From the NCBI RefSeq assembly GCF_016433145.1, contig NC_058130.1, forward strand, positions 647,196,120-647,259,925: a DNA stretch of 63,806 nucleotides. Direction: 5' to 3'. Both the position numbers and the translations under genes were made by a program. Below, one piece after another: positions 55,850 through 63,806 of the stretch. The DNA is from Gracilinanus agilis. Lineage: Eukaryota. Positions within the stretch are counted from its first letter, which is position 1. Each line of letters begins with the position of its first letter. The notes under the pieces were generated by a model. The model ran no database searches, was not told the origin of the DNA, and saw only the letters and a list, made by a program, of their open reading frames with translations.

Positions 55850-57520
55850 TAAAAAGATTTCTTGTGTATGTTGAAATAATTGATTGTATATTAATATGGT
55901 CTATTATAGCTTTCTCATTATTGAACCAGTCAGTAATTCTCAGTTTAAAAAAAACTGGTCATATCTGTAATCTTTAAAATATGTCACTATAACCTATTGT
56001 TAATATTTTATTCAATATTTTTCACTGATATTCTGGTATATAGTTTTTTCTCTAATTTGTCTTTCCCTAGTTTGATAACAAGGTAATATTTGGCAGGATT
56101 TCTTCTTTTCTACTTTTGTAAAAAGCTTGTGAAATATGAGAAATAATATTTTATAGAAATTGGTTATAAATATACCTAGCTCTGTTCCCCCACCCTTTGG
56201 GATTCAACTTATACTTTGTTCAATATTTTCTTAAGATTGAGTCATTTTTTTCATGTTCTGTTAATCTGTGTATTGTACATTTTTACAAATATTTTTTAAA
56301 CCACTGCTTGGTTTATTTATCAATTTATTATTTGTGGGGTTGGGGTTGCTCTCAATTGTCTTCATTACTGATTTTCAGTATATCCAGGTTTATGTTTTGT
56401 TGATTTTTATTTGTTGATTTCCTAGTTTTTGTTTTTTAGTCATATGACCAATTCATTGAACTATTTTCACAAAAGTCTTAGTGCAGTTTTAAGTTTTTTT
56501 AATAACATCAGAAGTTTATATTTTTATAAATTTACAAAAATTTTGAAGGCTAATTAGTTAAAATCTAAAACATGTTGATATGTTTATCATTTTATAATTA
56601 AACCTAATCATTTTCTTGTGCCATATAATGGTCTAGTTGATTTTTAGCTGATTTTTTTTTAATTTTCTCTCATTAGCTTCTGCTTACTGACTTGAAGGAT
56701 TCTATTTTTATTCTTTCTATCCAAAAAATGAATTTTGATACATACACATGCATCAGTAATTATCGGTTTTGACATGACTTCATAAGAATGAGTCTAATGG
56801 TGATAGTGCGCCAGACTAAGGTGACCTTGCAAGAGGATCTTCTCTAATAGTCCACCTATCTATAAAAGCGTCATCCAAAAATTGCCTCCCACACAACATT
56901 GCATAATGTTGGGGTGCCCTGCCATGTTAAAATCAAAATTTTAAATTTAACAATATATATTTACAAAACAAAACCAAAAGTAAATCTAAATATTTAAACT
57001 TTCTAAGCATTTTTTAAGTTTTTTAACAATTGAACTTTTAAAGTTATTAATGTCAAAATTGCAACAAGAAGTATCGGGAAATTTGTATACATTTTCACTT
57101 AAGGCCTCTTGATTGTTTCTAATGTGTTGTTTTGTTTGGTTATTTTATCATTGCCATTTTATTTGTTAAAATTATATATCATTTCTGATTTGCTCTTGAC
57201 CCAGTAATTCTTTAAGATTATGTTATTTAAACACCCTTTAAGTTGAATTATCATCTTCAAAGACCCTTTATTATAAATTTCATTGTATTGTGTTCAGTAA
57301 GGATATATGTTACTACTATAGTTTACAGTCTATGTCTCTTTCTAATTTGATTAACTTTTCATTTAAACATTAAGTACTGATGTTATTTCATTGTATATGG
57401 TGCCTTTAGCCATAGTGCAACTTCCTTGTTTATTTCTTTCAGCAATACTTATTTTAGCTAGTGCTCTAATTTTTTAATTCAAAAGAAATATGATGAATTC
57501 TATTATGGCTCCTAATTTAA
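55850..57520 (-). mobile_element. Degraded L1 ORF2 fragments (T-rich), containing an unrelated insertion at ~56465-57110
   Basis: T-rich antisense L1 pattern (ttgataacaaggtaatatt, ttgctcttgacccagtaattctttaagatt). Confidence 0.5.
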
Positions 57521-57759
57521 GCTCTATAAATTTTATTTCAAGAGTTAATTGTTAACAACATATTTGATTTCTAAACTATTTGGCTCTCGTTTTCTATTTT
57601 ATGGATGGGTTCATCTCATTCTTATTCCCTATTAAGATTAATTATGTACTTTTGTCCATACTATTTTCTTATACTTTTTCTTCTCTTTGCTTCTCACTGT
57701 CCTTTTTATAAAGAAGAGAGTAGTAGAGCCAGAAAAAAATAATAACAAAATTCATCTGG

Positions 57760-58170
57760 AAGAATAAAGGCAAGAATATCAAGGTGATTTAATTAAAAAA
57801 ATATGAATGAGGGTGACTTAGCTGCACTGGATTTCAAACCATATTATAAAATGGCAACCATCAAACTGGCTAAGAAATAGAGTAATGGATGCATGGAATA
57901 GATTAGGCACTCAACATGCAGTAGTAAACAACATAGTGACCCAGCATTTGGCAAACCCAAAAGATCTAAGCTTTTGAAAGAAAAACTCACTATTTGACAA
58001 AAAAGTGCTAGGAAAAAAGTATGATATAAAATGGGCACAGATCATCACCTCACACCATTTATCAAGGTAAAGTCAAAATGAATACATGGTGTAGAAATAA
58101 GGGGCAACAACATAAATAAATTAGGAGAATACAAAATAGTTTAACCATCAGACCTATGGAGAAGGAAAGA
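57760..58170 (+). mobile_element. Degraded L1 ORF2 fragment
   Basis: gatttcaaaccatattataaa...ggaatagattagg...aaactcactatttgacaaaa...cacctcacaccatt. Confidence 0.7.
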
Positions 58171-58653
58171 ATTTACAAATATCCATGGAGTGGGGGAACA
58201 TGGATCAAAAATGTCAGAAAATGATTACTAAAAATGTTTGACATAACCCAGAAAAAATTTACAAATATTAAAGAAAACAAAAAAGAGAGTAGTGAAAGGG
58301 AAAGAATGTGATTGACACTTGTGATATATAACTGGAACAACCTCCTTCTACTTCATTGTCCTTGATCTTCCTCCCTCTCCCAGAACTTAATCAATGGTTC
58401 TAATATTTTCCTTCCTTTTAATCTAAACTTTAAGATTTTCTCTCTGAAGCTTAATTCTATTTTTTTATTATTTCCTCCTGAACTGTACCATTCCTCTGTT
58501 CTTCACAGCTCTGTGAAGCACTACTTATTATCAGCAAAAATCAGTTTATTCCAGCTTGCTACCACTAATTATTAAAGTCTTGGGGAGAGTATTCAGGAAA
58601 TGGCAATGACTACAAGTCAGGACTTGATTTATCATTTTGTTAATTGTCTAGAT

Positions 58654-58827
58654 CAGTGATTCCCAAAGTGGGTGCTACTGCCCCCTGGTGGGTGCTGCAG
58701 CGATCCAGGGAAGCGGTGATGGCCACGGGTGCATTTATCTTTCCTATTAATTGCTATTAAAATTTTGCTAAGTAATATTTTTTTTCTGGAAAGGGAGCAG
58801 TAGGCCAAAAAAGTCTGGGAACCACTG
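58654..58827. mobile_element. Non-autonomous hAT-Charlie-like MITE, 174 bp
   Basis: TIRs CAGTGATTCCCAAA / TCTGGGAACCACTG (12/14); left flank GTCTAGAT is a Charlie-type NTCTAGAN target; right TSD not preserved; subterminal inverted repeats CTACTGCCCCCT / AGGGAGCAGTAG. Confidence 0.8.
58675..58692 (-). promoter_or_regulatory. CTCF-binding motif
   Basis: Minus strand CCCACCAGGGGGCAGTAG vs canonical core CCACCAGGGGGCGCTA: 12/12 in the CCACCAGGGGGC core. Confidence 0.7.
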
Positions 58828-58849
58828 GGAAAGTGGTGGAGAAATATTA

Positions 58850-59520
58850 ATAATGTGGATTAAACTTGAAAGGATCTTGTGTTTTCAGAGTCAAATATTA
58901 AAACAGTTGCCATTGTGCCCTTGTTTATCCTCTTTCTTTTTAACATTTTGCCAGTGAGTTTCTGTCATAAACTGGGGTTGTTTTTGACATGTCATATGTC
59001 TCCACTAGGCAGGAAGACCAAGGATCTACTTGTTGACTTTTGTTTCTGGGTCCTTTTGGACTCTGTGTTGTGATGATTATTTTGCACTGGCTCGTTTCTT
59101 TATTTGCCTTAAAGATAACTTCATTCTTGACTAGTTTCATTAACAAGGAGAAAAATTTATGATCATTTTAATGGGCTTCAAGAGGAAGCGAGGAATGAAT
59201 GACAAATCTATCTTAGATTTTGTGATAGAAGAAAGGAAAGCCAAGAATGATCTAATAAAAATCCTACATTTCGGAGAAAACTGATTTTAAATGGTTCGGA
59301 GTAAGAATAGATAGAAACTCACTCTCTAAAATTCTATAGCATAGGTTATGCTATGAGAGATAGAATGCCCTTATAAATTAAATTCCAATGACACAAAAAC
59401 TTACACTTCTAATAAATTAAAAATAGGAGTAGTCTGAAGAGATCATTATGTTTCCCCAAAAAATGTATCAGTTAACTTAGGTTTTAAAAAGACATGTACA
59501 GAAAGTGACCCCAGATTCAG
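58850..59520 (+). mobile_element. CR1/L3 ORF2 remnant
   Basis: Translates LDFVIEERKAKNDLIKILHFGE, resembling the CR1 post-endonuclease segment (LEF.I......TL.F.RADF). Confidence 0.5.
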
Positions 59521-59567
59521 ACCTCTGGCTTTCAGCAATGCTTTAAGACCTTAATAAGATAAACCAG

Positions 59568-60697
59568 TGATGGTAAGCCTTTTAGAGACAGAGTGCCAGG
59601 CCCCACTCCCACCCTCTAGACCTAGTGCCTTGCCAGCCCCCCACCAGAGACTGAGTGTCCTCTTACTCCAAACAGGGGAAGGAGGAAGCACTCCCATTGG
59701 GCTGCTAGGCAGAGGGGAGGGGGGTGTGAAAAATTATTGACAGGTGGAGAGAGAGAAGGGAGCAGCTCTGCCAAAGTCCCTCTGACCTTTCTAGTAATGA
59801 ACTCTGGGTGAGGAGGATTGGCAAGTGCTGAATAAATGCTGGCTAAAGACTGTAAGGTTGGGGGATGGGACAAAAAGAGCCAGAAGAAGGCCGTTGGTGA
59901 CAGTTGGTGACAGTTAAGACCAGAGGGGATTCTGGGTAATTGTCCAGAGGAAGGAGAAGGAGAGAAGGGCTTCCAGCAGAGGACTGAGAGAGGGAGGAGG
60001 AGAACATCACAGCTCGAATCCAGTCCTGAGGGCTTCCTGAGGATCTTTCTTTGGACATTGAAACCCTGATTCCCTGGTCAAATGCATCCCATCACTTCTC
60101 ATCCAGCAAGACTTCAATCATTGAGTCAGCTAAGTTTCTGGACTCCATTTTGGGAGTGATCTCTTGGGCTCCTTCCCCCATTACCCAACCTTGCTGAGAG
60201 TCCCTTTCCAGTCTAACTTATAATTATAGAAAAGGATAGAAATAGAAACAGAAACTGAAGGAGAAGGGACAAGAGGGGAGACACTTGGGAGCAGGAAGCC
60301 CAAAGGTTCCCACCCCGAGTGAAGGACCCCATAGAAATAGAGAAGAGGGCACCCCAAAATCCCTCTGCCCTTCATCCCTTTCCCCAATCCTGAATTGTGA
60401 TTAATAAAAGCCATTCATTAGTCATATAGCATTCCAGAGTGCCTGAGAGACAATGGGGGGAGGGGAATCACAGCTTAGTCTGGCTGCCCCCATCTTGAAG
60501 CCAGACCACCCGCTGTGGAATTGGCTGACCTCGGGGGAGGCTTGTGTGAAGCCCGCCCTCATTCGGAATCAGATTGGGGTCTCCCATACCTCCTCTTATA
60601 AGGAAGCCTCACCCCCAAATCCTGTGGGGTGGCATGACCATACAGGTCACCCAGTTTTGGAGTGACACCCCCTCAAAGTCTTGGTAGTATATAATCA
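59568..60697 (+). mobile_element. Probable long solo LTR (~1.1 kb, GC-richer)
   Basis: Abrupt GC-rich segment starting TG, CCATTGG box, ATAAAT TATA-like element at ~59831, AATAAA at ~60404, ends ...tatataatCA. Exact ends and TSD uncertain. Confidence 0.6.
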
Positions 60698-60799
60698 GCA
60701 AGGAGGGGAGAGCTAGAAGAGAGTCTCACCTCATAGACTCTCTCTCATTCCTCTATCATAACATTTGGGTACTGGCTCTCCTTTATTCTTATAAGACAG

Positions 60800-61640
60800 A
60801 GATGGCAAGTTTATCAGAGTTTCAGATGTCAGAAACCTGGAAAAGCTCGCTAGCATACTGGATTCAATCTAATATAATTAATAAGAATACTTGAGTCATA
60901 TCTGGGTTAAAAAAAATCAACTTCGCACAATTTTGGATAGGACAAGTCTGGTTAGACAATAGTTTGTTTGGAAATAATCTGGAGGTTTAGTCAGCTACAA
61001 GCTTAATGCAAAACAGCTGACTGATAGAGTAGCCAAAAAAAACCAATGTTATTTTAAAATGCATTGAGAGGTATTGTTTCTAGGAATAAACTCTAGTTAG
61101 ATCACATCTAGAATGTTATGTTTAATTCTAAGTCCCAAGTCTTAGTAACAATAATGACCTCTCTCATTTCATGTATCCTTGAAGGATTTTAAAAAAGATT
61201 TATTCATATGATCTTATTATCAAGTCAGATAATAATATCAAACCCAGAGGAAGGCAACCATGATGGTGAAAGCACTCAAGTTCATGTCATATGAGGATCA
61301 GTTGAAGCAAATGAGGGATTTTAGACTTGAGTAGACTTGGATATTAGGGGCATGGAACTATCGGAAGATTTGTCACATGGAAGGGAGATTAAACTTCTAC
61401 TATGGCCTGCCTTTGAAGGTAGAAATGAAATCAAATGAGCACAATTTGAAAAAATGCACAACTAGACTTGGTGACAAGAAACATTTCTTAACAATCACAA
61501 TTATTTCAAAGTGAAGGGGTTGTCTTGGGAGAAAAGAGTGATCTCTCCTTATTGGAGTTCTCCAAATGAAAAGTTGGATAGCCACATATTATGTACATTT
61601 TAGATTCTCTTGGACTAGATTATACTAAAGAACCACTAAT
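60800..61640 (+). mobile_element. L3/CR1 3' remnant
   Basis: ctggaggtttagtcagctacaagcttaatg...gttagatcacatctagaatgttatgtttaattct...atgaggatcagttgaag pattern. Confidence 0.6.
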
Positions 61641-62261
61641 ATCTTTTCATAAATTCTTATTTTTACTCTATAAAGCATTGTCATCTTAAGATTATTTGTT
61701 GAAAATAGTCAAAGGATAATGGGTCACACTTTGGCTCTGCCATTTACTAGCTACATGAACTTGGAAAATCATTTAATTTTTCTGTATCTCATTTTTTCTT
61801 TAGCTGTCAGATTGAGGTCAATAATACTTACATTCTCTAAACATTTGTTTGTGTGAAAAAACCAAATTATAAGTCTTAAAGAACTAAATAAATATGAGTT
61901 ATTACAATGGTGATAAAAATGGCAGTTATTACCTCTTTGGATCTTATGATGTATAGATAAGATACAGAATGTATAAAGATAAGTACACTAGCAGTTAGAG
62001 AATGATGGAAGATTAAGGATAGCTATAGATAATACGCTATAGGAAATAGTGGGAAAGAAGACTTTCAGCTAAATGTGTGGGAGAGGATCAGTGCTTTTCC
62101 TGGGTCATTAAAGGACAGAGCATGTCATCTGCAGTGAAGGAAAATAAATAAGGGATGAATAAGAAGAAGGACTTCCTTCCAGTTGTAGGGAACAGTTTTC
62201 TGCAAATACATGGATACAGAGAAGGAAGAAAACAAGCATTCATTAAGTGTCTACTACATTC

Positions 62262-62520
62262 CAGGCAGGGTGGCTAGATGGCACTGTGAATAGAACACCG
62301 AGCTTGGAGTTAGGAAGACCACAGTTCAAATCTAGCCTTAGACACTTAATAGCTGTGCTATCCTTGACAAGTCAATTAACCCTATTAGTCTCAGTTTCCT
62401 CATCTATAAAAATGAGCTAGAGAAAAAAATGGCAAACCATTCCAGTTTCTTTGCCAAGAAAACTTTAAATGGGGTCACAAAGAGTCAGATATGACAGAAA
62501 ATAAATGAATGACAACTAAA
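62262..62520 (+). mobile_element. MAR1-type CORE-SINE
   Basis: ggtggctagatggcactgtgaatagaacac...cagttcaaatc...ctttgccaagaaaac...ggggtcacaaagagtcag. Confidence 0.75.
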
Positions 62521-63163
62521 CTTCATTCCAGGCATTATCCTAAGTGTTTTACAAGTATTGTCTCATTTGATCCTCACAATGACCTTGAGAGATAGGTGTT
62601 TTTATCATCCCCAATTTACAGTTGGGAAAACTGAGGCAGAGAAAAACCTAAGGTTATGTAGCTGGTAAATGTCTGAGATTACATTTGAACTCAAGTCTTT
62701 ATAATTCCTGCTCCAGTTCTCCATCCAGTGCACTGACTAGCAGGGAATGGCATGTTGAATCCAAGGAACAGCTCATAGAACAATTGTTCTTTGGCTGCAT
62801 GAAGAGGGTTAGGCTGAAATAAGACTGGAAAGTTAAGTGGGAGCCAGATGGCAGAAGATCTTACAAGCCAGGCTGAGTATAATTTTGTTTTCCTACCAAT
62901 TAAAGTTTTTATGCAGCTAAGTAACATGGTCAGAAGGATATTTTGCTAGGTGTGTGAAGAATACACTGGAGAGGAGAGAACAGAAAGATAACATCTAGGA
63001 TGCTTCTGCAATCATCCATTTGAGAAGAAAAGAAGGTCTGAGCTAGAGATGAATGGAAAGGGCTGAGTTGGACAGAGTGCAACTAAGAGATATTCATTAA
63101 AAATAATCAATAATATTTGCCACTGGTTTCATTTGGGGGGATGAGATAAAAAGAGGCAAACAG

Positions 63164-63349
63164 GGGGGCAGCTGGGTAGCTCAGTGGAGTGAGAGTCAGG
63201 CCTAGAGATGGGAGGTCCTAGGTTCAAACCCGGCCTCAGCCACTTCCCAGCTGTGTGACCCTGGGCAAGTCACTTGACCCCCACTGTGCACCCTTACCAA
63301 TCTTCCACCTATGAGACAATACACCGAATACAAGGGTTTAAAAAAAAAA
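63164..63349 (+). mobile_element. Young opossum-type SINE with ~11-bp TSD
   Basis: AGGCAAACAGG at 63154-63164 and 63349-63359; nearly identical to 35096-35283. Confidence 0.95.
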
Positions 63350-63479
63350 GGCAAACAGGACTGAGGATTCAAGTTTGCATTATGATACTATCAATTGAAA
63401 TAGAGAAATTGGGAGGAAGGAGAAGTCTGAACTAGAAACTAATGAATTCCACTTGGGGCATGGTGAGACTGAAATGTTC

Positions 63480-63806
63480 TTGGTATTTAAAGACCTTCCT
63501 AGCCTAGTCCTTTCTTCTCTCTCCAGTTTTCTTACACGTTACTACCCTTCACGTACTCTATGATCCAGCTCTTCTTGCATCCTTGCTCTTCCTCCCACAT
63601 GACTCTCCATTTCCTGACCATTTTCTCATACTGGCTATCCCTAGTGACTAAAATGGTTTTCTTCCTCACCTGTAGCTCTTAGTTTCACTGCCTTTTTAGA
63701 AGGTTCGGCTCAGATCCCATCTTCCACAGGAGACCTTCCTTTCTGAGAGTACTTTTCCATGTACTTAGTATATATCTTATGTATTTATCTATTTGTTTAC
63801 ATAGTC
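63480..63806 (+). mobile_element. L2 3' remnant (runs off window)
   Basis: aaagaccttcctagcctag...ctcacctgtagc...cccatcttccacagg pyrimidine-rich L2 pattern. Confidence 0.55.

Noticed and set aside
59894-59916. Direct repeat GTTGGTGACA x2 and other short repeats checked as CRISPR-like or satellite arrays
   Set aside because: Simple duplication within an LTR; no repeat-spacer periodicity anywhere in this eukaryotic window.

Overview
Vertebrate (marsupial, most likely didelphid/opossum, judged from the SINE1_Mdo-, MAR1- and WALLSI-type repeats) genomic DNA. The only protein-coding gene is the 3' end of ZFPM2 (FOG-2, Friend of GATA 2) on the + strand. It comprises a 225-bp penultimate exon (2627-2851, zinc fingers 1-2), a 2.8-kb intron and the large terminal exon (CDS 5646-8137, zinc fingers 3-8, RKRRK NLS, PIDLS CtBP motif). 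Its 3' UTR is interrupted by two N-gaps. The remaining ~54 kb is a repeat-rich gene desert (L1, L2, L3/CR1, MIR/MAR1, WALLSI, opossum-type SINEs, solo LTRs, hAT MITEs, microsatellites) with a few TE-free islands that look like regulatory DNA. I found no rRNA, tRNA gene, CRISPR array or second real gene, and no evidence for a wholly new biological system. The most interesting signals are: (1) a hAT MITE carrying a near-perfect CTCF motif pointing back at ZFPM2; (2) a young L1 whose 5' truncation point falls at the homologous position of the older antisense L1 it landed in, creating a ~460-bp-arm hairpin with a 21-nt loop; (3) a CpG-island-like stretch inside the terminal coding exon; (4) a three-layer SINE/MITE/SINE nest with all target-site duplications readable; (5) candidate cryptic exons and enhancers. 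Repeat family names come from pattern recognition, not database search, and repeat boundaries without TSDs are approximate.
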